From the NCBI RefSeq assembly GCF_963921235.1, contig NC_086101.1, positions 2,916,001 through 2,980,000 of the forward strand: a DNA stretch of 64,000 nucleotides, written 5' to 3'. The DNA comes from Mobula hypostoma (taxonomy: Eukaryota). Both the position numbers and the translations under genes were made by a program. Positions 12,890 to 23,944 of the stretch are shown here, in pieces. Under the pieces are notes generated by a model. The model worked only from the letters and a program-made list of their open reading frames with translations. It was not told the origin of the DNA and searched no databases. The first letter of the stretch is position 1; every line of letters begins with the position of its first letter.

Positions 12890-13700
12890 GAATCACAGAA
12901 ACAGAGAACACTACAGCACAGATCTGTGTCAAACAATTAATTTGTCTAGTCCTGTCGACCCAGAACATATATCTCCATACCCCTCCCATTCATGTATCTA
13001 TCCAAGTTTCTTTTCAATGTTAAAATCACACCAGCATCTTCCACTGGCAGCTGTTCCACACTCTCACCACCCTGAGAGAAGAGGCTCCTATGAGACATTT
13101 CACCTTTCATCTATGACCTCTAGTTGTAGTCTCTCCCAACCTCCATGGAAAAAGCTTGCTTGCATTTACTATATCTATACCCGGCATAATTTTCTATACC
13201 ACTATCAAATCTCCCCTCGATCTTCTCTGCTCCAGGGAATGAAGTCCTAACCAATTTAACCTTTCCCTGTAACTCAGGTGGTCAAGACTTGGCAACATCC
13301 TCGTAAATTTTCTCAGTACTCTTTTAATCATATTTACATCTTTCCTGCAGGTAGTTAACCAAAACTGGACACAGTAGTCCAAATTTAGCATCACCAATGT
13401 CTTACACAACTTCAACATAACATCCCAACGCCTGGACTCAATACATCGATTTATGAAGGGCAATGTGCCAAACACTCTCTTTACAACCCTATCTGCTGAA
13501 TGAGGGATCTGTATTCCTACCACTCACCACAGCAAGTCCTAGACCCCTCAATGCCCTATCACTCACCACAGCAAGTCCTACTCAGGCTTGTCCTCCCAAA
13601 GTGCAACACCTCACACTTGTCTACACTGAATTCCATCTCCATTTTTCTGCCCACTTCACCAGCTGATCCAACTCTCACTGCAAGCTTTGGTAATCTTCCT
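12890..13700 (-). mobile_element. CR1 LINE 3' fragment
   Basis: LDYCVQFW..RKFTRMLP..LSYRERL..RGDLI. Confidence 0.85.
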
Positions 13701-13929
13701 TGGTGCCCCATACACCCACTCTATCTTGGCATCATTGCCCTTCCTTTCCAGTCCTGATAAAGGGCTTTGGCTCAAAATATCGATGGTTTATTCCCCTCCA
13801 TAGATGCTGCCTGACCTGCTGTTCTTCTAGCATTTTGTGTGTATGTCAGTTATATGTCATATATGCTGTTCTTCTAGCATTTTGTGTGTATATGTCAGTT
13901 ACAGTAAACCTAAATGTGATTCCACCTAC

Positions 13930-13997
13930 CTCTAGGATAGTGTCACAGGCTGTGATCTGGTTGTGCAGGCTGGCAATGTTCTCACTCTCCTTGATGT
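13930..13997 (-). CDS. VPS52: VPS52 coding exon 5 (YIKESENIASLHNQITACDTILE)
   Basis: caccag|AC ... GAG|gtaggt, 68 nt; human YIQESENIASLHNQITACDAVLE. Confidence 0.97.
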
Positions 13998-15334
13998 CTG
14001 GTGGTTGACGGTAAGGAACGCAGAGAGTGTGGGAGAGATCCTCCCCAGCCCACATTGCAGGGTGGGGAAGCATTCTAAACCTTGTTCCATGATCACTGAA
14101 ACTATGGCCCCGAGATCCCCCTCACAAAACCAACCAACAGGTTGCAGGGGGAAGAACATCAAGGCACCGTCTGTGGGACTGGGGGAACAGGATCTGAGAC
14201 TATGGGCCAGAGTGGACCCGACCCGCCCCCCCGCCCCCTTCCCGACAAGCTGTAGGGGGATAAACAGCAGGATGCTGTCTTGGATCCTGTTCCCACAGAC
14301 ATTAGGCCAGAGTGAACCCTACAGCCCCCTCCCAACAAGCTGCAAGGGGAAGATGAGCAGAGCCCTGTCTATGGGACAGCAGAGCAGGATCCCAGACTAT
14401 GGGCCTGAGTGAACCCCACACCCAACTGGCTGCAGGGGAAGAACCAGAGGGCCCTGTCTGTGGGACTGTGGAACAGGATCTGAGAGTATGGGTCAGAGTG
14501 AACCCAACTGGCTGCAGGGGAAGATGAGCAGGAACCTGAATGAGGAACAGCGGAACAGGATCCGAGACTATGGGCCAGAGTGACCCCCTTACCCAACAAG
14601 CTGCAGGGGGAGAACAGGGCCCTGTCTGTGGGAGCAGGATCCAAGACTATGGGTCAGATTGAACCAACCCCCCCCCCCTCCCCAACAAGCTGCAGGGGTA
14701 AACAACAGGGCCCTATCTGTGGGAGCAGGATCCAAGACTATGGGTCAGATTGAACCAACCCCCCCCCCTCCCCAACAAGCTGCAGGGGTAAACAACAGGG
14801 CCCTATCTGTGGGAGCAGGATCCAAGACTATGGGTCAGATTGAACCAACCCCCCCCCCCCCACCAACAAGCTGCAGGGGTAAACAACAGGGCCCTGTCTG
14901 CCGGACTGCGGGAACAGGATTCCAGACTATGGGCCAGAGTGAACCCTGACAGGTTGTAGGGGGGAGAACAACAGTCTAGACTAGACTGTTTAATTGTATT
15001 TTCTTTGCAGCCTAACACTGAACTTTAAGTACTGTAGTTCTTGTATACAGGCAACAGTCTAGCAAGCGTTCTAGTGGTCACAGTACATATATGCAATTGA
15101 TCATTATACCCCTAGTGGTTACATTTGTATAATTGTGGAATGTTCTGGAACCTTCTCTTCCAGTTTATTGTCTTGTACACAGGTTGTTTGTCCACCTTGT
15201 TGTGTACGGTTTTTCATTGATTCTGTTCAGTTTCGTTTCATTTACCGTGAACGGCCAGAAAACAATGAACCTCAGGGGTGTGTATGGAGACATCTATGTA
15301 CTTTACTATGAAATTTGTCTCTTTGAAAGGATAC
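13998..15334 (-). other. VPS52: U12-type (minor spliceosome) GT-AG intron of VPS52
   Basis: 5' splice site GTATCCTTTC; branch-site-like TTCCTTACC about 12 nt before the AG; no polypyrimidine tract. Confidence 0.9.
14090..14970. repeat. ~90-100-bp degenerate tandem repeat inside the U12 intron
   Basis: ATGGGTCAGATTGAACCAACCCC..CAACAAGCTGCAGGGG..GGATCCAAGACT at 14649, 14740 and 14830, with diverged copies to the left. Confidence 0.85.
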
Positions 15335-15410
15335 AGTCTTTAATGGAGGCATGCTCGATGTATTGTAACTCAGTCTCCACCTGCTTGGAGTAGTGCCTCA
15401 GGTCTACACC
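15335..15410 (-). CDS. VPS52: VPS52 coding exon 4 (GVDLRHYSKQVETELQYIEHASIKD)
   Basis: ttttcag|GGT ... GACT|gtatcc, 76 nt; human GVDLRHYSKQVELELQQIEQKSIRD. Not listed in the ORF track. Confidence 0.97.
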
Positions 15411-15819
15411 CTGAAAAGAAAGATTAATTCCGGTTAATCACACACTGTCAGTCACCGTGCTAAAAGCTAGCTACCACAGAACCTCCTGGAAGTTAAAGGT
15501 TTTCAAAGAGTGAGCTGGAAGAACTCAGCCGGTCATACAGCATCTGCGGAGGAAATGGGCAGGCAATGTTTTAATTGTTACCAATACCCTTGTGCAGATA
15601 CAGCCTAGTACATCACAGGCAAACCCTCCTCACCACTGAGGAGATCTACATGGAGCTGTTGCAGAAAAGCAGCATCCACAAAAGACCCCCTGCATTCAGG
15701 CCACTCTCTCGTCTCACTGCTGCCATCAGGAAGGTGGTACAAAGCAACACTCACACCATGCTGGAGGAACTCAGCAGGTCGGGCAGCATTTGAAAGTGAA
15801 TTTGAGGCTGGCTGGAAGT

Positions 15820-17175
15820 TTTTCAAATTCACTTGGTCTATCTCGGACACTTCCCTCCCCTTTCTCGATGTCTTGGTCTCCATCTCTGGAGACAGACTGT
15901 CCACTAACATCTTCTACAAGCCCACTGACTGTCATAACTACCTTGACTATACCTCTTCCCACCCCGCCACATGCAAAAATGCCATTCCCTATTCCCAGTT
16001 CCTCCATCTCTGCCGCATCTGCTCCCAGGATGAGGCTTTCTGTTCCAGGACATCTCAAATGTCCTCTTTCTTTAAGGATTGTGGTTTCCCTTCTACCGTC
16101 ATCAATGATGCCCTCACCCACATCTCCTCCATTTCCCGCACTTCGGCCCTCACCCCATCCTCCCATCACCACAACAGGGACAGAGTTCCCCTTGTCCTCA
16201 GCTACCAGCCCAGCACCCTCCGGATCCAGCACATTATCCTCTGCAACTTCCGCCACCTTCAACAGAACCCCACCATTAAGCACATCTTTCCCTCTCCACC
16301 CCTCTCCACTTTCCGCAGGGATCGGAGCCTCCGTGACTCCCTTATCCACACGTCCATCCCCACTGATCTCCCACCTGGCACTTATCACGATAAGCGTAAG
16401 TGCTACAGCTGTCCCTACACCTCCTCTCTTGCCACCATTCAGGGCCCCAAACAGTCCTTCCAGGTGAGGCAACACTTCACTTGTGAGTCTGTTGGGGTCA
16501 TCTATTGCATCCGGTGCTCCCGGTGCGGCCTCCTCTACATCGGTGAAACCCGACGCAGATTGGGGGACCGCTTCATCGAGCACCTCCGCTCCGTCCGCCA
16601 CAACAGACAGGATCTCCCGGTAGCCACCCACTTCAACTCTGCTTCCCACTCCCATTTAGATATGTCCATACATGGCCTCCTCTACTGCCATCATGAGGCT
16701 AAACTCAGGTTGGAGGAGCAACACCTCATATACTGTCTAGGTAGTCTCCAGCCCCTCGGTATGAACATAGAATTCTCCAACTTCCGGTAATTCCCTCCCC
16801 CTCCCTTCCCCTATCCCTATGTCACTCTGCCCCCTCCCCCAGCTGCCTATCACCTCCCTCATGGTTCCGCCTCCTTCTACTACCCATTGTGCTTTCCCTT
16901 ATTCCTTCTTCACCTTTCCTGTCTATCCCCTCCCTGCCTCCCCACCCCACCCCTTTATCTTTCCCCTTACTGGTTTTTCACCTGGAACCTACCAGCCTTC
17001 TCCTTCCCACTCTCCCCCCACCTTCTTTATAGGGCCTCTGCCCCTTCCCCCTACAGTCCTGACGAAGGATTCTGGCCCGAAACGTTGACTGATCGTTTCC
17101 ACGGATGCTGCCCGATCTGCTGAGTTTCTCCAGCGTGTTGTGAGTGTTGCCTTGAACCCAGCATCTGCAGAGTAT
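15820..17175 (+). mobile_element. Penelope-like retroelement, 5'-truncated: RT thumb/linker, GIY-YIG endonuclease and 3' region with hammerhead
   Basis: ORF 15873-16790 has FYKPTDCHNYLDYTSSHP..IPYSQFL and VIYCIRCSRCGLLYIGETRRRLGDRFIEH (GIY-YIG with CxxC); followed by a pyrimidine tract and a hammerhead motif. Confidence 0.92.
17054..17091 (+). ncRNA. Minimal type I hammerhead ribozyme motif (GUU triplet variant)
   Basis: CAGTC-CTGACGA-AGGATTCTGGCCC-GAAAC-GTT-GACTG: CUGANGA and GAAA cores, stem I CAGUC/GACUG, imperfect stem II. Confidence 0.7.
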
Positions 17176-18274
17176 TTTGTGTTTAGGAAGGAGGTACAGG
17201 AGCCTCAGGACTCACACCTCCAGGTTCAGGAACAGTCATTGCCCTTCAACCATCAGAAGCCACCACCCAGGATGTGCTCTCATCTCACTGCTGCCACCAT
17301 CAGGCAGGAGGTACCGGAGCCTCCGGACCCACACTCCCAGGTTCAGGAACAGTTATCACCCCTCAACTATCAGGCTCCTGAACCAGAGAAGATAACTCCA
17401 CTCATCCCAACACTTACCTGTCTCCACAATCTACAGACTCACTTTCAAGGATTCTTCATCTTGTGTGGAAGGGAGGGGAGCCGGGGGGGTGGGGGGACTT
17501 TGGGGTTCTTACATTTAACGGTCATTCATTCTTTGGGGCACTTCTCTGTTTCTGTGGATGGTTGCGGAGTGAAAGCATCTCAGGATGTATATTGTATAAT
17601 TTCTCTGACATGAAATTGGACCTTTGAACCTTTGATTTTGTTTGTGTTTTTTTCTTTGTACGTACTAGAATGCCTGTCAGAAAAGTAATCTCATCGGGTA
17701 TCTGGTGACATATATGTACTTTCACTATCCAGGCCTTGCTCTCTTCTCGTTAATACCATCGGGCCTTAGGTCCCACACCACCAAATTTGGGAACAGTTAC
17801 CTGAACCAGTACAGATAACTTCACTCACCACAGCTCTGAACTGATCCTGTGACCTACAGACTCACTTTCAGACACTCTTTATAACTTCTGCTCTCAGTAT
17901 TATTTTTATTTGCAGTTTGTCTTCTTAGAGAAATAGAGGACTACACGGTCGGGTAATTCTAGGCGGTTTCTAGAGTAGGTTCATGGTCAGCACAACATTG
18001 TGGGCCAAAGGGCTTGTAATGTGCTGTAGATTTCTATGTTTCTAAACATTGGTTGTTTCTTTGTTCATATATAGATTTTAAAAATTTTTTTATTGTATTT
18101 CCTGTTTTCTTGTGAATGCCTGCAGGGGCCTGAATCTCGATATACTATATAGTAACAGATAAGTACTCTGATAATAAATTTATTTTGAACTCAAATCTGG
18201 ACATAGTCACTGCAACAACTGACGGACTCACCCCATCTTAACCCCCTGCACCCTCTGTGGTGTTCAGGAAAGAC

Positions 18275-19270
18275 ACCAGCATGGACAGAGAATGGCTGAT
18301 CAGCAGCAGGCAAAGAGTGGGAACAAAGGGCTCCTCTTCAGATTGACTATGATGTTCTACTGGTGTCTGTGTTGGGACCGCTTCTTTTTACATTATATTT
18401 CAATGACTTGGATGATGAAATTGATGGCCCTGTGGCCAAGTTTGCATACCATATGAAGATAAGTGGATGAGAAGATAGTTTTGAGGAAGTAGAGAGGTTA
18501 CAGAAGGAATTAAACACATTAGGAGAATGGGAAAAGAGGTGGCAGTTGGAATATAGTGTCCGCAAGTGTATGGTATGGGAGGGGAGAGGGGAAGGAATAA
18601 AAACTCAGACTACTTTCTAAACAGGAAGAGAATTCAAAAATCTGAAGTTCGAAGGGATTAGGGAGCCCTTGGGCAGGTGAATCGGTGGTGAGGAAGGTAC
18701 ATGTGATGTTAGCATTCATTTCAAGAGGATTGCAATATAAAAGCAAGGATCTAATGCTGAAGCTGTATGGGGCATTGGAGAATTGTGAGTAGTTTTGGAC
18801 CACTTGTCTCAGAAAGGAAGTGCTGACATTGGGACAGGGAGGGGTCATGAGAATGATTCTGTGAATGAAAGGCTTGTCATAGATTGCGCTTGTCCTCACT
18901 GGAGTTTAGAAGAAGGATGGGGAGATCTTATTGAAACCTATTGAATATTGAAAGACCTAGACAGAGTGGATGTGATTTTTCCACTGATGTGGGAGTCTAG
19001 GACCAGAGGGCAAAGCCTCAAAATAGAGGGATGCCCAAATAGAATAGAGGAATTTCTTTAGCCAGAGGGTGGTGAATCTGTGGAATTCATTTGCACAGGC
19101 AGCTGTGGAGGCCAGGTCACTGGGTGCATTTAAGGAGGAGACTGATGGGTTCTTGATTAGTGAAAGGTTATGGGAAGAAGGGGTGAGAGGGAACTGGATC
19201 AGCCATGATGAAAGGGCAAAGTAGATTTGATAGGCCTAATTCTTCTCCTATCTCTTCTAGGTTTTTGGTC
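18275..19270 (+). mobile_element. Old CR1 LINE 3' fragment
   Basis: GTGTTGGGACCGCTTCTTTTTACATTATAT, GTGGCCAAGTTTGC and CAGAGGGTGGTGAATCTGTGGAATTC are shared with other CR1 copies. Confidence 0.8.
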
Positions 19271-19458
19271 AGACAAGCTTCATAAATTCTTTCCAATCCT
19301 GATGAAAGGTGTTGGCCCAAGACATCAACACTTTACTCCTCTCCACAGATGCTGCCTAACCTAGTCTGTTCCCTCAGCATTTTTATGTGTTATCTGAACT
19401 CTTTGCAGAGTTCCTTACTGGCAAACTTCACCAGCTGTGTCCCATCTTGAAAACGTAC

Positions 19459-19511
19459 CGTCTTTAATGCTTCCTTCACGAGCTCATCCTCCAGATTGGC
19501 TTGTATGTGTG
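19459..19511 (-). CDS. VPS52: VPS52 coding exon 3 (THIQANLEDELVKEALKT)
   Basis: gttgcag|CA ... ACG|gtacgt, 53 nt; human VHIQANLEDELVKEALKT. Confidence 0.97.
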
Positions 19512-19688
19512 CTGCAACATGAAACAAAACAGCTTAGAAGATGGAATCTCAGGCTTGGAGGAAAGTTAAAACTCAAGATTGCTTAATATAATTGCCAGTA
19601 CACAATTGTAAAGGAGATCAAAATAATTGTTACTCAGATCTGATGCAGCACAAAAAAAACAGTAAGATAACGAACACAATAAATATAA

Positions 19689-19871
19689 ACAACAGGAATT
19701 CTGCAGATGCTGGAAATTCAAGCAACACACATCAAAGTTGCTGGTGAACGCAGCAGGCCAGGCAGCATCTCTAGGAAGAAGTACAGTCGACGTTTCAGGC
19801 CGAGACCCTAATCCTGACGAAGGGTCTCGGCCTGAAACGTCGACTGTACCTCTTCCTAGAGATGCTGCCTG
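19689..19871. mobile_element. Short fold-back Penelope-derived insertion with hammerhead core and 13-bp TSD
   Basis: TSD ACAATAAATATAA at 19676-19688 and 19872-19884; 51-bp inverted arms at 19759-19809 and 19821-19871. Confidence 0.88.
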
Positions 19872-22564
19872 ACAATAAATATAAGATAGCTTATGTATAT
19901 AGATTAATTGTATAGCAGGCACAGGGCTATGGTCTGGGTGCATGTCCATGGGAGTAGGCAGTTTAAATGGTTCATCATGGACTAGTTGCTGTATGGCCTT
20001 TTTCTGTGCTGTACTAATCTATAACTTTATGCTCATAAAACACTGGAGTGTCTGTACATAATGTGACTGACAGGAAATGATGAAGTGATGGTAATTGGAG
20101 GTGTGATGGGGGGGGTTAGTGGGTGGAGGTGTTGATCAGTCTTACTTCTTGGGGAAAGTAACTGTTTTTGAGTCTGGTGGTCCTGGCGTGGATGCTCCGT
20201 AGCCTCCTCCCCGATGGGAGAAGGACAAACAGGGTGGGTGGGATATACGTCCTTGACGGCAGGTAGGCTGGTGCTGTTGAGTAGTTTGAAATACCAGTTG
20301 TGGAGCCTCCCTGTCCACTGCAGTGCAGTTTCTATACGGTGCACTAATGCAACTTGTTAGGAAGTTCTCTACTGCACATCTGTAAAAGGAGTGAATAGAG
20401 ATGTGCAAAGTCCAACTCTCTTCAGTCTCCTCACAGAGTGGAGGTGTTGGTGAGCTTTCCTGATTGTTCTGGGACCATAACACAAGTTAATAAGTGACAG
20501 CAGTGGTGCAAAAACTAACTGAAAAGAATGAGTTCTTAGATCGCAAGGAATCCCAGTCTGCCAGGAAAGCCAGCTTCTCTCCACAGTTTACCCTTCCTGC
20601 TGCTTCGGAAGAGCAGCCAAAGTACCTAAAGACCCCTCCCACCCTTCAAGAAGGCAGCATCTATCATAAGGTACCCTCACCACCCTGGACATGCCGCCTT
20701 CTCATTGGGGAGGAGATACAGGTGCCCAAAGATGCACACTCAGTGTTTTAGAAACAGCTTCCTCCCCTCAACCATCAGATTTCTGAACTGTCCATGAACA
20801 CTACCCCACTATTCATCTCTTGCACTATTTTATATTTTATCGTATCTTATCTTATTTTTTTACATAGCGTCCTGTGCAGAAACCTCAGCTTTGCTCCCAT
20901 CAGATTTACAAACTCGCTCTCTGCTCCACATTGACAAATACAGTACCATGCAAAAGTACTTCTGCATAGTATTGTATGTCTTGCACTGCTGCCACAAAAC
21001 AACAAATTTCACAACGCACATCAGTGATAATAAACATGATTCTAACTCCAATGGGGAGAAGATGCAAAAGCTTGAAAAGACATGCACTGCTGGACTCAAA
21101 GACAGCTTCAATCTTGCTCTTCGAACACTGTTAAATGGACGTCTTCAATGATGAGGTGAACTGTCAATCTCTCAAACTACCTTATTATGGTCCTTGCCCT
21201 TTCTCTGTAAGGTAACACGACACTCAAACCAATTTCCCTCAGGATCAATAAAGCATGACTATGACTCTGCATTTTGGTGCTACTTTTCCCCTGCTATTAC
21301 TCCTCAATCATCAGGCTCTTGAACAAGAGAGGATAACCTCGCTCAACTTCACTCACCTCAACAATAAACTGATCCTAGAACCTATGGATTCACTTTCTTC
21401 ATCTCATGTTATTATTTATTTATTTATTATTACTACCTTTTTTTGCACGTTTGTTGTCTTTTGTAAATTGGTTGTTTGTCTGTCTTGTTGGGCACGGTCT
21501 TCAATTGGTTCTTCTTTATTAATCTCGTGGTAGAACGTGGAGCAGCCCTTCTGGCCCTCCCAGCAACCCCGTCAGAACCAAAATTCTATTCCATTCTGTT
21601 TCCTTGTATTTACTGTGAATGCCCACAAGTAAATGAATCTGAGGGTTGGATATGGTGGTAAAAAGGCAGAACCCATCATTAAGGACCCCCACCACCCAGG
21701 TCAGGCCTTGGTCTTATTGCTACCCTCAGGAAGGAGGGACAGAAGAGTGAAGGCGCACTCAACCATTCAATAACAGCTTCTTCCCCTCCACTATCAGTTT
21801 TCTGAACGCATGAACACAACCTCACTACATTTTTCCAATTTCTATTTCTGCACTATTTATTTAATCCAACCATTTTAGATATACATATATGTGTGTATGG
21901 TTTTTAAACAGCAATTCGTGATGGTTCTTTATTATTATACATTGCAATGTACTGCTGATGAAACTTAACGAATTTCATGACACATGCCGGTGATATTAAA
22001 CCTGATTCCGATTCTGCTGTACGTACAGTGACAATAAATTAACTTTGAACTTTGATGTGCTGATGTTTGGAATGATCTGTACGGATGCCTTGCAAAACAA
22101 AGAATATAAAACAGCCCAGCGTAGGGCAGGCCGTTCGGCCCACCAGGTTGTGCTGGTCTTCGTGCCACTTTGCACTAAATGCACTTCCCCGTCTATCATT
22201 CACATCCCTCCATTCCTCTCATATTCATGTGTCTGTCTAAAACTCTCTTCAATTCCACCAAGCTGCCTGCTTCTACTAATACCCCTGCCACCTATCACTC
22301 TCCGTGTAAAAAAAACTCCCTCCTCCAACCACTAAAGCACGCTCTCCAGTGTTTAATATTTCTCCCCGGGGAAAGAGTACGACTGTCACCCTTAATTTTA
22401 AAAACCTTTAACAGGGTCTCTCCTCAGCCTCCAACACTCTCGGTTTGTCCCACTTCTAATAGCTGCTGTCAGGATGCAGAAGCACATCTGCACCCTCTCT
22501 ACAATCTTCACTGCATCTTGGTACATGTGACATTAATGAGAAAAGAGAAATTATTATTTACAAT

Positions 22565-23470
22565 TTACAGCAAGGCATTTGATGAGGTACCCCATGCAAG
22601 GCTTATGAGAAAGTAAGGAGGCATGGGATCCAAGGGGAACTTGCTTTGTGGATCAAGAACTGGCTTGCCCACAGAAGGCAAAGAGTGGTTGTAGATGGGT
22701 CATATTCTGCATGGAGGTCGGTGACCAGTGGTGTGCCTCAGGGATCTGTTCTAGGACCCCTACTCTTCGTGATGTTTATAAATGACCTGGATGAGGAAGT
22801 GGAGGGATGGGTTAGTAAGTTTGCTGATGACACAAAGGTTGGAGCTGTTGTGGATAGTGTGGAGGGCTGTCAGAGGTTACAGCAGGACATTGATAGGTTG
22901 CAAAACTGGTCTGAGAAGTGGCAGATGGAGTTCAACCCAGGTAAGTGTGAAGTGGTTCATTTTGGTAGGTGAAATATGATGGCAGAATATAGCATAAATG
23001 GTAAGACTCTTGGCAGTGTGGAGGATCAGAGGGATTTTGGGGTCCGAGTCCATAGGACGCTCAAAGCAGCTGCGCAGGTTGACTCTGTGGTTAAGAAGGC
23101 GTACAGTATTTTGGCCTTTATCAATCGTGGAATTGAATTTAGGAGCTGAGAGGTAATGTTGCAGCTATATAGGACCCTGGTCAGACCCCATTTGGAGTAC
23201 TGTGCTCAGTTTTGGTCACCTCACTACAGGAAGCATGTGGAAGCCATAGAAAGGGGGCAGAGGAGATTTACAAGGACGTTGCCTTGTAAAATTGCCACAA
23301 TCAGCTGTGGAGGCCAAATCATTGAGTATATTTAAAGTGGAGGTTGATAGGTTCTAGATTAATCAAACTGTCAAAGGTTATGGGGATAAGGTAGGAGAAT
23401 GGGTCGAGAGGGATAATAAATCAGAGAAGATGGAATGGCAAAACAGACTCAATGGTTCCTATGTCTTATT
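22565..23470 (+). mobile_element. CR1 LINE RT fragment
   Basis: SGVPQGSVLGPLLFVMFINDLDE..SKFADDTK..WQMEFNPGKCEVVHFGR. Confidence 0.92.
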
Positions 23471-23681
23471 ATCGTTAAACTAATATACTTAAGTAAATGT
23501 ACCGACAGAAAATGGTGATAATTTGTTTACTCATAAAGTGACTGCAATATCCAACAGTAAACCTGCTGCCTGTCCAGACAATTCTACAATCAGCAAAAAG
23601 GCTTTTATTAAGAAAAAAATTGTTAAGGCGGAATCAGCCAGCAAGTGACACAGTGTTATGCTCAGGAGAAACGGTACTCAC

Positions 23682-23769
23682 TGTCAACTTCATCGAGAAT
23701 AAACTCATCAGAGGTTATGTCCAGTTCACCCAGAGCGAGCTCGCTACCGTCCACCTGACTCCTCTCCCC
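23682..23769 (-). CDS. VPS52: VPS52 coding exon 2 (GERSQVDGSELALGELDITSDEFILDEVD)
   Basis: gtgcag|GGG ... GACA|gtgagt, 88 nt; human LQLGELDITSDEFILDEVD. Confidence 0.97.
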
Positions 23770-23944
23770 CTGCACAGGAGAAAACACAGACACAAGATTC
23801 AGCAGATGCTGGAAATCCAGAGCAACACACACAAAATGCTGGAGGAACTCAGCATCATCTATGGCGCTGGGAAGGTGGATGGGTGAGGGGGGAACGAGGT
23901 GGGAAATTGAGGAGATAGGTAGAAGAAGCAAAGATTGAAGATTT

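Noticed and set aside
15771..16655. 294-aa minus-strand ORF and 225-aa Ser/Pro-rich ORF
   Set aside because: Antisense and alternative-frame shadows of the Penelope ORF
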